A stretch of DNA of 64,000 bases from Collinsella sp. GTDB taxonomy: Bacteria > Actinomycetota > Coriobacteriia > Coriobacteriales > Coriobacteriaceae. A program made the position numbers and the translations under genes. Each line of letters begins with the position of its first letter. Position 1 is the stretch's first letter. The DNA is taken from positions 318 through 64,317 of the forward strand of contig DXZQ01000016.1 in NCBI GenBank assembly GCA_019419585.1. The letters run 5' to 3'. Below, one piece after another: positions 9,772 through 19,601 of the stretch. The notes beneath the pieces were generated by a model. The model did no database searches. It saw only the letters and a program-made list of their open reading frames with translations, and was not told the origin of the DNA.

Positions 9772-10971
9772 CTAGGCGACAGGCTTTGCGCGGTGTATGG
9801 CTGGGAATAGCACCGTGATAGCGAGAACGACACCCACGACGGCAATCGCCCCGCCCGCACAACCGATCCAGGCGATGCCGGGGCCCGACACCACGGCGCC
9901 GCCGATCGCCGTACCGGTGCCGATCCCCAGGTTGAACAGGCCCGAGAAGATCGACATGGCGACAGCCGACGAGTCCGCCGGCGTGTACTTGATGAGCTCG
10001 GCCTGAAACGCCACGTTAAAGGCCGTGGAGCAGCAGCCCCATAGCGCGCAAACAGCGAGAACGGCGACGAGCGACGGTGCAACCGGACCCATGAGCAGCA
10101 GAGCCACCGGCACGCCGGAGAGTGTGATAGCCAAGAACGGAAAGCGATGCCCATCGAACAGTCGGCCGAACAGCCAGCTTCCGAGCAGACCGGAGCAGCC
10201 AAACGCCGTCAGCGTCATGGTAATAGCGCTTGCGTCGACGTGCGCGACCTGCGCCAGGAACGGCTCGATATAGCTGTAACCCGCATAATAGCCGGTTGCC
10301 ATGAACACCGTGACCGCATAAAGCGCGATGAGGAACGGATTCTTGAGCAGCTCGGGCAGCTGCTTAACGGTAAAGCGCTCGCCCACCGGCATGGCCGGGA
10401 ACACCGCGGCCTGGTACACCACCGCGGCGGCAGAGAAGGCACCGACCACGGCAAACGTCATGCGCCAGCCCACAGCTAGTCCGATGGCGCGGCCGATCGG
10501 CAGGCCAAAGATCTGCGCGATGGACGAGCCCGTGGCGATTATGCTGATGGCGAGCGCCCCGTGGCGACTGTCGACCAGGCGCGAGGCCATGATTGAAGCG
10601 ACCGACCAGAACACGGCATGCGCGCAGGCGACCACCAGACGCGCGCAAACCAAAATAGGATAGGTGGGCGCCACAGCGGACAGGAACTGGCCGAGCGAAA
10701 ACACGGCCAAAACGCCCAACAGCATCCGCTTGAACTCAAAGCGCGAGGCAAACACCATAAGCGGCAGCGACAGCAGCATGACGCCCCAGGCATAGACCGA
10801 AATCATGATGCCTGCCTGGGCCTCGGTGAGCGAGAACGACGCGGCGATATCAGTCAGAAGGCCGATGGGCATGAACTCTGATGTGTTGAACACGAACGAA
10901 CAGCAGGCGAGCCCGATAAGCGGGAGCCACTGCTTGAGCGAGATGCCATCTTGTCTTGCCTGGGTCATGTA
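9772..10971 (-). CDS. MFS transporter (sugar-efflux SotB-like)
   Basis: ORF 9772..11016 trimmed to MTQARQDG... at 10971. It has about 12 hydrophobic segments and an MFS-like loop FASRFEFKRMLL. Confidence 0.8.
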   Translation of the reverse strand, partial: YMTQARQDGISLKQWLPLIGLACCSFVFNTSEFMPIGLLTDIAASFSLTEAQAGIMISVYAWGVMLLSLPLMVFASRFEFKRMLLGVLAVFSLGQFLSAVAPTYPILVCARLVVACAHAVFWSVASIMASRLVDSRHGALAISIIATGSSIAQIFGLPIGRAIGLAVGWRMTFAVVGAFSAAAVVYQAAVFPAMPVGERFTVKQLPELLKNPFLIALYAVTVFMATGYYAGYSYIEPFLAQVAHVDASAITMTLTAFGCSGLLGSWLFGRLFDGHRFPFLAITLSGVPVALLLMGPVAPSLVAVLAVCALWGCCSTAFNVAFQAELIKYTPADSSAVAMSIFSGLFNLGIGTGTAIGGAVVSGPGIAWIGCAGGAIAVVGVVLAITVLFPAIHRAKPVA

Positions 10972-11016
10972 GGAACCCTCTCCGATTGTCTTGGGCGGTG
11001 GGCGATTATATAGCAA

Positions 11017-11050
11017 CGGCCCCGCATCCGTCAGTACAGATGCGGGGCCG
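11017..11050 (-). terminator. Hairpin after feoAB
   Basis: cggccccgcatc-N11-gatgcggggccg lies between the feoAB stop and the MFS start. The U-tract is weak. Confidence 0.5.
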
Positions 11051-11091
11051 CAATCAACTCAATACACAGGGGTTGCGCCGTCAATAAATAG

Positions 11092-13452
11092 CTAAGCCAA
11101 CCCCAACAATATGCCCGCCGAATGCACGACAAACGCCACGATCCAGGCGACCGTCACCTGAAACGCGAACACGGCAACGGCATAGCGCGCACCCAGCTCG
11201 CTCTTGACGGCACCGATGGCCGCCACGCAGGGCGGGTACAGCAGCGTAAAGACCAGGAACACGTAAGCGGTAAACGGCAAAAACATGGTCGACAGTGCCG
11301 CGGGCGAGGTCGCGCCCAAAAGCACCGTGAGGGTCGAGATGACACTCTCCTTGGCGATAAGGCCGGTGACGAGCGCCGTGGATGCTCGCCAATCGCCAAA
11401 CCCAAGCGGCGCCAGCGCCGGCGCGATGATGCTGCCGAGACCCGCAAGCAGGCTTTGCGACTGATCGGCGACCACATTAAAGCGAATGTCGAACGTCTGA
11501 AGGAACCAGATGACCACGGTAGCGGCAAAGATAATGGTAAAGGCCTTGGTAATAAAGTCCTTGGCCTTATCCCATGCCAGCATCACCGTCGTCTTGACGC
11601 TCGGCAGACGGTAATTGGGAAGCTCCATGATAAACGGCACCGGGTCGCCCTTAAATGCCGTGCGGTTGAGCACCAAAGCCGCGATGCAACCGATCGCAAT
11701 GCCAATCAGATAGAGCGAGACCATGGCGGGAACCGTCGCCTGTGGGAAAAACGCCCCGCACAGCAGACCGTAGACCGGCAACTTGGCCGAGCAGCTCATG
11801 AACGGCGTGAGCACGACCGTCATCTTGCGGTCGTGCTCGGATGGGAGCGTACGGGTCGACATGATAGCCGGCACGGTGCAGCCAAAACCGACGAGCATGG
11901 GGACGAAGCTGCGGCCCGAAAGGCCAAAGCGACGCAGTACCTTATCCATGACAAAGGCCACGCGTGCCATGTATCCGGAGTCTTCCAGAATGGAAAGGAA
12001 CAAAAAGAGCACGACGATAATCGGCAGGAAGGTCAGCACGCTGCCCACGCCCGTAAGCACGCCGTCGACAGCCAGCGAGCGCACTACGTCGTTGGTGCCG
12101 AACGCCTTGAGGCCCGCATCGGCCGAGGCGATGATGGCAGCGATGCCGTCCTCCATGAGTCCCTGCAACGCCGCGCCGATCACGCCAAACGTCAGCCAAA
12201 AGACGAGGCCCATGATCACCAGAAACGCCGGAATGGCTGTGTAGCGACCCGTCAGGATGCGGTCGATCTTGACGGAGCGCACGTGCTCGCGGCTCTCGTG
12301 CGGCTTGACGACGCAACGCCCGCACACGTCGCCGATAAAGCTAAAGCGCATATCGGCCAGCGCGGACAGGCGGTCGGTGCCGGCTTCGCCCTCCATCTGG
12401 GTAATGATGTGCTCGATAGCGTCGAGCTCATTGCGATCCAAGTGAAGCGCCTCGGTCACCAGCTCGTCGCCTTCAACCAGCTTGGTCGCCGCAAAACGCA
12501 CCGGAATGTGCGCCGTCACGGCATGGTCCTCGATCAGGTTGGCAATGCCGTGGATGCAGCGATGCAGTGCACCGCCGTCCGAGCCATCGGGCGCACAGAA
12601 GTCCAGGCGACCGGGGCGCTCGCGGAACCGTGCCACGTGCAAGGCATGATCCACCAGCTCGCCGATACCCTCGTTGCGGGCAGCGCTAATGGGGACAACA
12701 GGCACGCCCAACAGGCTCTCGAGCAGGTTGACGTCCACGGCGCCGCCGTTGGCCGTCACCTCGTCCATCATGTTGAGCGCGATGACCATGGGGCGGTCGA
12801 GCTCCATAAGCTGCAGCGTCAGGTACAGGTTGCGTTCGATATTAGTAGCGTCGATGATGTCGATGATGGCGTCGGGGTTTTCGTCCAGGATAAATTGGCG
12901 ACTGACGATCTCTTCGCCCGTGTACGGAGACAGCGAATAGATGCCGGGCAGGTCGGTAACGCTTGCCTCGGGATGGTTACGGATGGTGCCGTCCTTGCGG
13001 TCGACCGTCACGCCGGGAAAGTTACCGACATGTTGGTTGGAGCCCGTAAGCTGGTTGAACAGCGTGGTCTTACCGCAGTTTTGGTTGCCGGCGAGGGCGA
13101 AATGCAGCGGCGCACCCTCGGGCACGGCCGTTTTTGCCGCACGGGGCGAATACGTCCCCTCGCCAAGTGCCGGGTGCTCCGTCGTGCCGATTGCGGCGTT
13201 AGCGCGCGGACCCGTATCTGTGTCGTGAACACCCACGAGCTCGATGCGAGCGGCATCGTCCTTGCGCAGCGTCAACTCGTAGCCACGCAGGCGAATCTCG
13301 AGCGGGTCGCCCATAGGGGCGTACTTCATCATGGTGACTTCGGTGCCCGGTGTTAGGCCCATGTCCAAAATATGTTGTCGGAGTGCCTGGTCGTCCGATG
13401 CCACCGATGCGACAACGGCGTCCTTTCCAATCTCGAGTGTATCGAGCTTCAC
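11092..13452 (-). CDS. feoB: Ferrous iron transporter, FeoA-FeoB fusion
   Basis: 786 aa. The N-terminal ~75 aa form a FeoA/SH3-like domain (LRQHILDMGLTPGTEVTMMKYAPMGDPLEIRLRGYELTLRKDDAARIEL). Next come the FeoB G-domain (ALAGNQNCGKTTLFNQLTG, DLPGIYSL) and the polytopic membrane domain. Confidence 0.92.
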   Translation of the reverse strand: MKLDTLEIGKDAVVASVASDDQALRQHILDMGLTPGTEVTMMKYAPMGDPLEIRLRGYELTLRKDDAARIELVGVHDTDTGPRANAAIGTTEHPALGEGTYSPRAAKTAVPEGAPLHFALAGNQNCGKTTLFNQLTGSNQHVGNFPGVTVDRKDGTIRNHPEASVTDLPGIYSLSPYTGEEIVSRQFILDENPDAIIDIIDATNIERNLYLTLQLMELDRPMVIALNMMDEVTANGGAVDVNLLESLLGVPVVPISAARNEGIGELVDHALHVARFRERPGRLDFCAPDGSDGGALHRCIHGIANLIEDHAVTAHIPVRFAATKLVEGDELVTEALHLDRNELDAIEHIITQMEGEAGTDRLSALADMRFSFIGDVCGRCVVKPHESREHVRSVKIDRILTGRYTAIPAFLVIMGLVFWLTFGVIGAALQGLMEDGIAAIIASADAGLKAFGTNDVVRSLAVDGVLTGVGSVLTFLPIIVVLFLFLSILEDSGYMARVAFVMDKVLRRFGLSGRSFVPMLVGFGCTVPAIMSTRTLPSEHDRKMTVVLTPFMSCSAKLPVYGLLCGAFFPQATVPAMVSLYLIGIAIGCIAALVLNRTAFKGDPVPFIMELPNYRLPSVKTTVMLAWDKAKDFITKAFTIIFAATVVIWFLQTFDIRFNVVADQSQSLLAGLGSIIAPALAPLGFGDWRASTALVTGLIAKESVISTLTVLLGATSPAALSTMFLPFTAYVFLVFTLLYPPCVAAIGAVKSELGARYAVAVFAFQVTVAWIVAFVVHSAGILLGLA

Positions 13453-13573
13453 GCGCTCATCCTTTCGTTAGACGCGGTTAACCGTTTACCGGGGCTAACC
13501 AACTCGTAACGACAAATGATAGCGCTCTGAACTATTATATAAAGTCAAATACCGATGTTTACCTGCGCAAACT

Positions 13574-13894
13574 TTATGCGGTGCGCCCCGAAAGCTCTTT
13601 GCGCATACCGCTCAGCGAGATCGAAATGGAACCCGACCGCGCGGTAGCAGTGAGTCGATCACCCTCAACCGACCCCGTGCATGTAAAGGGCGCCTTGCCC
13701 ATCAAGACGTGGGAGATAGTACCCGAGAGCTCAAAGAAATTGCACTCAGCGCGGGCACCCGAGAGAGCGATATTGAGACCCCTGACGTTTAGTACTGCCC
13801 TGAGCGCGCCGTTCACCCCATGTGAAAACGTCACCTCGCCGCGCTTGCTCCCCACCGGCGTCTGGGCCAAAACCACATACGTACCCTCAAGCAT
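13574..13894 (-). CDS. Small hypothetical protein (106 aa, beta-rich)
   Basis: ORF 13574..13984 trimmed to MLEGTYVVLAQTPVG... at 13894 with GAGGAGG upstream. It lies 47 nt downstream of the esterase gene on the same strand. Confidence 0.55.
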   Translation of the reverse strand: MLEGTYVVLAQTPVGSKRGEVTFSHGVNGALRAVLNVRGLNIALSGARAECNFFELSGTISHVLMGKAPFTCTGSVEGDRLTATARSGSISISLSGMRKELSGRTA

Positions 13895-13941
13895 GGCTCC
13901 TCCTCTAAGCAGACTTTTTGAAACGGGCAAGTAGTCTACTT

Positions 13942-14841
13942 TTACATATGGCGCTCCAGGAAGCGGAAGGCTAGGCGAATCCATGGACGGACCGCCACCT
14001 GCTTGTCCTCGTTATCGACCGCGGTATTGGCGTTGCCGAGCGAAAGGCCGTGACCACCTTGGTCAAAGACGTGCATCTCGCATACGACGCCCTCCTCGGC
14101 CATGCGCTGGGCAAACGGGTAGACCTGTGCGATCGGCGCCGTCTTGTCGTCGGACACGCCCCACACAAAGGTTGGCGGCATCTGACGCGAAACATGTGTG
14201 GTGGGGCAGATATCGGCCAAATGCTCGTCAGTTGCCTCGCCACCCGTCACCATCGACAGGTAGTCGTTGAGCAGATCGCGCCCCGTCTTGCCGCCCGTCT
14301 TTGGCACGCGCAGGTCGATGCGCGGGTCGCGCGTCTGCATGTCGCGCACATAGGCAAAGTCGAGCAGCGGATAGCCCAGCACTACGGCATCGGGACGAAT
14401 GTCGTCCGGACGCGCCCCTGCCAGGCCCGCGAAGGGACCAGCCTTCCATTGTGTTGCCAGCGAGGCGCAGATCATACCGCCCGCAGAAAAGCCCACGACG
14501 CACACGCGCTTGGGATCGACATGCCACTCGTCGGCATTCGCACGCACCGTGGCGACCATCTTGGCAAGATCTGCCTGCGGGTGCGGAAAACTTACGTCAC
14601 CCGTGCCGCTCGTCACATAGTTGAGCACAAAGGCCTGGTAACCGTGATCCAAAAACGCAAACGCCACGGGATCCTGCTCATGCGGAGCGATATGCGTAAA
14701 CGCACCTCCGCCGCAGATAATCACCGCGGGGCGGCGGCCATTGGGCTTGTCGGGCAGCGGCTCGGCACCCAGATACGTAAACGTCGCCGGATAATCCTCG
14801 GTCGGCTCCTCGCCCCACAGCGCATGGTTCTCAATAATCAT
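13942..14841 (-). CDS. Alpha/beta hydrolase (acetyl-esterase/lipase-like)
   Basis: Only the C-terminal 299 aa of ORF 13942..15690 look real: MIIENHALWG... with GGAGGGAG upstream. It has an HGGG-type oxyanion stretch (VIICGGGAF), the nucleophile elbow GFSAGG and a C-terminal GGHG. Confidence 0.82.
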   Translation of the reverse strand: MIIENHALWGEEPTEDYPATFTYLGAEPLPDKPNGRRPAVIICGGGAFTHIAPHEQDPVAFAFLDHGYQAFVLNYVTSGTGDVSFPHPQADLAKMVATVRANADEWHVDPKRVCVVGFSAGGMICASLATQWKAGPFAGLAGARPDDIRPDAVVLGYPLLDFAYVRDMQTRDPRIDLRVPKTGGKTGRDLLNDYLSMVTGGEATDEHLADICPTTHVSRQMPPTFVWGVSDDKTAPIAQVYPFAQRMAEEGVVCEMHVFDQGGHGLSLGNANTAVDNEDKQVAVRPWIRLAFRFLERHM

Positions 14842-15087
14842 AGGTGCTCCCTCCGTGCGATTCGTGCGCACTCGTTTTTCGCACCTTAGCGTACCCCACT
14901 TGAGCCCGCGGCGCAGAAACACCCCCGCAATAAGTTGGCCTTCAACTGATATATCACAAAATCGCTGTTCAGAGGTATCGTTGGACAGCGTAAAATAGGA
15001 GCGCTGACCGTGCTGGGAAACACGTACGAAACGTTTCCGGCAAACCACACGCGTGCAACATGCGCGCCTGATACGTTGGAGGCATCT

Positions 15088-15651
15088 ATGGGTCTGCTCG
15101 ATTCGCTCAAGTCCACGTTCACTTCGTCGGGCGAGGCGTCCGTTCCGCCCGCAGCAAGCTTCGCCACCCGCGAAGGCGTCATCTACGCTCCTGTCAACGG
15201 CGTGCTCGTCAATCTGCGTGAGGTTCCCGACGAGACCATCGCCTCGGGCATGCTCGGCCAGGGCTACGGCATCGAGCCCATTACCGGCACCATTTACGCC
15301 CCCGCTAACGGCCGTATCGGCGCCACCACCGTCACCAACCACTCCATCGGTATGATCACCGAGGACGGTCTTCGCGTGTTCATCCATGTTGGCCTGGGCA
15401 CCGTGGAAATGAACGGCAAGGGTTTTGCCCGCTTTGTCGAGATGGGCGACACGGTCAAGGCCGGCCAGCCGCTCATCAGCTTCGACCGCGACGCTATCAA
15501 GGCCGCCGGTCACGAGGACATCGTGACCGTCATCATCTCTGAGCTCGACCGCCTCAAGAGCATCGACCACGTCGGCGAGTCTGGCACGCTTATCGGCGGC
15601 AATCCGCTCGTCAAGCTTGGCGATCCGCTGCTGGTTGCCAAGACCAAGTAG
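15088..15651 (+). CDS. crr: PTS glucose-family EIIA component (stand-alone)
   Basis: Trimmed to MGLLDSLK... at 15088. [19 protein letters not shown]...[28 protein letters not shown] contains the two-His EIIA-Glc core. Confidence 0.88.
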   Translation: MGLLDSLKSTFTSSGEASVPPAASFATREGVIYAPVNGVLVNLREVPDETIASGMLGQGYGIEPITGTIYAPANGRIGATTVTNHSIGMITEDGLRVFIHVGLGTVEMNGKGFARFVEMGDTVKAGQPLISFDRDAIKAAGHEDIVTVIISELDRLKSIDHVGESGTLIGGNPLVKLGDPLLVAKTK

Positions 15652-15688
15652 CCAGGCCCCGCACCACACAGCCAAAAGGCACCTCGTC

Positions 15689-15727
15689 AAGCGCCCGCGA
15701 CCATTTGGCCGCGGGCGCTTTTCGTTT
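15689..15727 (+). terminator. Intrinsic terminator after crr
   Basis: agcgcccgcg-accatttggc-cgcgggcgct followed by TTTTCGTTT. Confidence 0.8.
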
Positions 15728-15820
15728 GAAAAACCATCCCGCCAATGCCTTATCTGTATAGCCCAAATGAGCCGAGCTGCTAGAATATCGAACTGTATGG
15801 ATAACTATCATTCAACCGTT

Positions 15821-17236
15821 ATGGGAGGATACGTGAACCGCACCAAAATCGCGCAGCTCTATGCCGATGCCGAGTCGCTCGGCGGCCAGACCGTCACCGT
15901 CGCCGGCTGGGTCAAGTCCGTCCGCGACATGAAGAACTTTGGCTTTGTCACGCTCAACGACGGCAGCTGTTTCCGCGACCTGCAAGTCGTCATGAACCGC
16001 GAGGCACTCGACAACTACGACGAGATCGCCCATCAAAACGTCTCGGCCGCACTCATTTGCACCGGCACCGTCAAGCTGACCCCCGATGCGCCCCAACCTT
16101 TCGAGCTTTCTGCCACCTCCATCGAGGTCGAGGGCGTCAGCGCCCCGGATTACCCGCTGCAGAAGAAGCGCGCAACCGTCGAGTTCCTGCGCACCCAGCA
16201 GCACCTGCGCCCGCGCACTAACCTGTTCCGCGCCGTGTTCCGCATCCGCTCTGTCGCGGCTGCCGCCATCCACCGCTTCTTCCAGGAGCAAGGCTTTGTC
16301 TACGTCAACACCCCCATCATCACCACGAGTGACTGCGAGGGTGCCGGCGAGATGTTCCGCGTGACCACGCTCGACCCCAAAAATCCGCCCCTCACCGAGT
16401 CCGGCGAGGTTGACTGGAGCCAGGACTTCTTTGGAAAGCACGCGAGCCTTACCGTATCCGGCCAGCTCAACGCCGAGAACTTCGCCATGGCCTTTGGCGA
16501 CGTGTACACCTTTGGCCCCACCTTCCGCGCCGAAAACTCCAACACCACGCGCCACGCCGCCGAGTTTTGGATGATCGAGCCCGAGATGGCCTTCGCCGAC
16601 CTTAACGACTACATGGATAACGCCGAGGCCATGCTCAAGTACGTCCTTAAGGACGTTATGGCCACCTGCCCCGACGAGTTCAATATGCTCAACAAGTTTG
16701 TGGACAAGGGTCTGCTCGAGCGCTTGGACCATGTCGCCAACTCCGACTTCGCCCGCGTCACCTATACCGAGGCCGTCGAAATCCTGGAGCAGGCCGTCGC
16801 CGCCGGTCACAAGTTTGACTATCCCGTGAGCTGGGGCATCGACCTGCAAACCGAGCATGAGCGCTTCCTGACCGAGGAACACTTTAAGCGACCGACCTTC
16901 GTAACCGACTACCCGGCTGAGATCAAGGCGTTCTACATGCGCATGAACGAGGACGGCAAGACCGTCGCCGCCGCCGACTGCCTGGTTCCCGGTATCGGCG
17001 AGATTATCGGCGGCTCCCAGCGCGAGGAGCGCCTGGATCTGCTCGAGGCCCGCATCAAGGATCTGGGTATGAATCCCGAGCAGTACAAGTACTACCTTGA
17101 CCTGCGCCGCTACGGTTCCTGCAAGCACGCCGGCTACGGTCTGGGCTTCGAGCGCTTGGTCATGTATCTGACCGGTGTGGGCAACATCCGCGACGTCCTG
17201 CCGCACCCGCGCACCGTGGGCAACGCCGACTTCTAA
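15821..17236 (+). CDS. asnS: Asparagine--tRNA ligase
   Basis: The real part of ORF 15617..17236 starts at ATG 15821 (or GTG 15833 after GGGAGGA). It has an OB-fold N-domain and class II motifs ([30 protein letters not shown]). The tail [13 protein letters not shown] is typical of AsnRS. Confidence 0.92.
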   Translation: MGGYVNRTKIAQLYADAESLGGQTVTVAGWVKSVRDMKNFGFVTLNDGSCFRDLQVVMNREALDNYDEIAHQNVSAALICTGTVKLTPDAPQPFELSATSIEVEGVSAPDYPLQKKRATVEFLRTQQHLRPRTNLFRAVFRIRSVAAAAIHRFFQEQGFVYVNTPIITTSDCEGAGEMFRVTTLDPKNPPLTESGEVDWSQDFFGKHASLTVSGQLNAENFAMAFGDVYTFGPTFRAENSNTTRHAAEFWMIEPEMAFADLNDYMDNAEAMLKYVLKDVMATCPDEFNMLNKFVDKGLLERLDHVANSDFARVTYTEAVEILEQAVAAGHKFDYPVSWGIDLQTEHERFLTEEHFKRPTFVTDYPAEIKAFYMRMNEDGKTVAAADCLVPGIGEIIGGSQREERLDLLEARIKDLGMNPEQYKYYLDLRRYGSCKHAGYGLGFERLVMYLTGVGNIRDVLPHPRTVGNADF

Positions 17237-17277
17237 TCGCCACAGCGCCACCAAACGCGTTCCAGCGCATCACGCCA

Positions 17278-17310
17278 GCGCCTCTCGGCAAGCCGAGGGG
17301 CGCTTTTTTC
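17278..17310 (+). terminator. Intrinsic terminator after asnS
   Basis: gcgcctctcgg-caag-ccgaggggcgc followed by TTTTTTC. Confidence 0.8.
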
Positions 17311-17485
17311 AACAGCATCCGTCAAGCTTTTGGCAAGTTTTTGGTCAGTTGGGCAGGGCTGTTGAAAACTCGACCCGCCGCTTGCCGACGACTACCGACC
17401 GCCCAGAGTGCTCTGCGCCCCTGGGAAAGCCCCGCGTCCTAGGCTCCATACCGTCGCCACCCAAAACGGAAAGGACGTGGGCGCC

Positions 17486-18271
17486 ATGACCGAAACCGCT
17501 GTTGAAACTTACGAGACCACGACGAGGGGCGCCGCCTCGATGGCAGCCTATCGCGCCGTTCGCATCCTGCAACTATTAAGCGAAAACACCGGCGAGGACA
17601 AGGCCATGCCTTCCGATGAGTTGATCCGGCGCCTCGCCCATCCCGACGACCCCGCCCGCATGCCCATCTCGGCGGCGCGGCGCAGCATCTACACCGCCAT
17701 CTCCGCACTTCGCCATGCCGGATACGAAATTGAGTACAAGCGCGGCGTGGGCTATCGACTCTTGACCCGTCCGCTCACCGACGAAGAGATCATCCGGCTC
17801 CACGGCATGGTCATGCGCAACCGCTCCACGCCCATCGCCATTCGAAAGAGCATGGCGCAGCACCTGGTCGCCATGGCGAGTGCCGACGTTCGCGGCTACC
17901 TCGATGCACCCGAGCCTGCTCCAAGCGCAGGCGACAAATCCACCAAGGCCACACGCACGCCCGTCAAGCGCATCGATGCCTGCGAGCTCATCGAGCAGGC
18001 CATCGACCACGGAACCACGGTGAGTTTTGATATTTCGAGTGTCACGACACGCGGAGAGGTCGAAGTGGCACGGATGACACTCCGGCCCTTTGCCATCAAG
18101 CAACGAGACGGCATCTCGTATTTGCTGGGAACGGTCTATGACGCGCGAGGCGCCGATGACACGTTGCGTACCGTAGAGATCGGCCGCATGAGAAACGTCA
18201 CCACACGTCTCCTCGACGGCAAGAAGCTCTTCGCCGCCCTGGACGAGGACGATGCCTCCTCCGCCGCATAA
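17486..18271 (+). CDS. HTH + WYL-domain transcriptional regulator
   Basis: Trimmed to MTETAVET... An N-terminal winged-HTH-like segment (ILQLLSENTG...SDELIRRL) is followed by a C-terminal WYL-type segment (RMTLRPFAIKQRDGISYLLGTVYD...LRTVEIGRMRNV). Confidence 0.7.
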   Translation: MTETAVETYETTTRGAASMAAYRAVRILQLLSENTGEDKAMPSDELIRRLAHPDDPARMPISAARRSIYTAISALRHAGYEIEYKRGVGYRLLTRPLTDEEIIRLHGMVMRNRSTPIAIRKSMAQHLVAMASADVRGYLDAPEPAPSAGDKSTKATRTPVKRIDACELIEQAIDHGTTVSFDISSVTTRGEVEVARMTLRPFAIKQRDGISYLLGTVYDARGADDTLRTVEIGRMRNVTTRLLDGKKLFAALDEDDASSAA

Positions 18272-18431
18272 GACCCTCCGCCGCCCATTCGACTACCCGT
18301 ACCGCCCATCCGATTCTGTATTAAAAAACCCGCCAGGCTGTTGTAAAAATGGACATCAGCGCTACTATAGTTCCACTTGCACTTTGTCCCAGTGCAGTGT
18401 TTCCAGCCATTTTTATACTGGGGGTAATGAT

Positions 18432-19412
18432 ATGAAGGACATCACCATCAGCCGCAGGAGCCTTCTGGTCTCCGCCGGTCTGCTCGCGCTCGCCCCGCTC
18501 GCCGGATGCGGCGGCAACTCTGGTTCCGGCTCTGCTGCCGCCGGTTCCGACTACACCATCGGCGTTCTGCAACTCACCGAGCACTCCGCACTCGATGCCG
18601 CCAACGACGGCTTTGTCAAGGCCATCAAGGAGAGCGGCCTTAAGGTCAAGATCGACCAGAAGAACGCCCAGAACGACCAGTCCACGTGTAAGTCCATCGC
18701 CGACAAGTTCGTGGGCGATGGCGTCGACCTGATCTATGCCATCGCTACGCCCGCCGCGCAGGCTGCCGCCGGCGCCACCGCTGATATCCCCATCGTTGGC
18801 TGCGCCATCACCGACTACGCCGCTTCCGGCCTGGTCCAGGACAACGACAAGCCCGGCACCAACGTCACCGGCGCCTCCGACCTCACCCCGGTCGCCGAGC
18901 AGCTCGAGATGATGCAGAAGGTCCTGCCCGACGTTAAGAAGGTCGGCCTGCTCTACTGCACCGCCGAGTCCAACTCCGACGTCCAAATCAAGGCCGCCAA
19001 GAAGGAGCTCAACAAGCTGGGCCTCGAGTACACCGACTTCACCGTCTCGAGCTCCAACGAGATTCAGTCCGTCGTCGAGTCCGCCGTGGGCAAGGTCGAC
19101 GCACTCTACTCCCCCACTGACAACACCATCGCCGCGGGTGCTTCGCAGGTCGGCCAGATCTGCAAGGAGAACAAGCTCCCCTTCGTGACTGGCGAGGAGG
19201 GTATGTGCATGGCCGGCGGCCTGTTCACCCTCTCCATCAACTATAAGGACCTGGGCTACGCCGCGGGCGAGATGGCCGTTAAGATCCTGAAGGGCGAGGC
19301 CAAGCCCGAGGATATGCCGATCAAGCACCTCTCGAGCAAGGACCTGGTCGTCGTCAAGAACGATGAGATGGCCGAGGCTCTGGGTATCGACCTTTCCGCT
19401 CTGGACGAATAA
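18432..19412 (+). CDS. ABC transporter substrate-binding lipoprotein (ABC_sub_bind/PF04392-like)
   Basis: Trimmed to MKDITISRRSLLVSAGLLALAPLAGCGG (lipobox LAGC). The body YTIGVLQLTEHSALDAANDGF...VGLLYCTAESNS resembles the uncharacterised ABC SBP family. Confidence 0.82.
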   Translation: MKDITISRRSLLVSAGLLALAPLAGCGGNSGSGSAAAGSDYTIGVLQLTEHSALDAANDGFVKAIKESGLKVKIDQKNAQNDQSTCKSIADKFVGDGVDLIYAIATPAAQAAAGATADIPIVGCAITDYAASGLVQDNDKPGTNVTGASDLTPVAEQLEMMQKVLPDVKKVGLLYCTAESNSDVQIKAAKKELNKLGLEYTDFTVSSSNEIQSVVESAVGKVDALYSPTDNTIAAGASQVGQICKENKLPFVTGEEGMCMAGGLFTLSINYKDLGYAAGEMAVKILKGEAKPEDMPIKHLSSKDLVVVKNDEMAEALGIDLSALDE

Positions 19413-19468
19413 CGCGTCTAGGGCCCGCACGCGCGCCACGGCTGCGTTATTCAATATCTGAGTCATTG

Positions 19469-19508
19469 GGGCGAACGCTAAAGGCCGGCGTTCGCCCTGC
19501 TTGTTTCA
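19469..19508 (+). terminator. Hairpin between the SBP and permease genes (partial terminator/stabiliser)
   Basis: gggcgaacgc-N10-gcgttcgccc followed by TGCTTGTTTC. Confidence 0.45.
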
Positions 19509-19601
19509 GGTAAAACAAAACGTCTGTCCGCCGCTCTTTTATGCATTGGTACCGCTATTATGGAAAATCACGTGTCCACCCTATCCTAGGAGGTATGAAG
19601 C

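Noticed and set aside
13453-13573. Fur/DtxR (IdeR) box upstream of feoAB
   Set aside because: GGCTAACC and GGTTAACC fragments and TGATAG..CTATTA were noticed. None of them aligns acceptably to the 19-bp Fur or IdeR palindromes (at best about half of the positions match).
14842-15690. N-terminal 283 aa of ORF 13942..15690(-)
   Set aside because: This part is antisense to the crr EIIA gene and its terminator, and its composition is shadow-like. The esterase has a clear internal start (MIIENH, GGAGGGAG RBS at 14841).
15728-15820. T-box leader upstream of asnS
   Set aside because: Only ~90 nt lie between the crr terminator and the asnS start. No T-box sequence (AGGGUGGNACCGCG-like) or terminator/antiterminator pair is visible.
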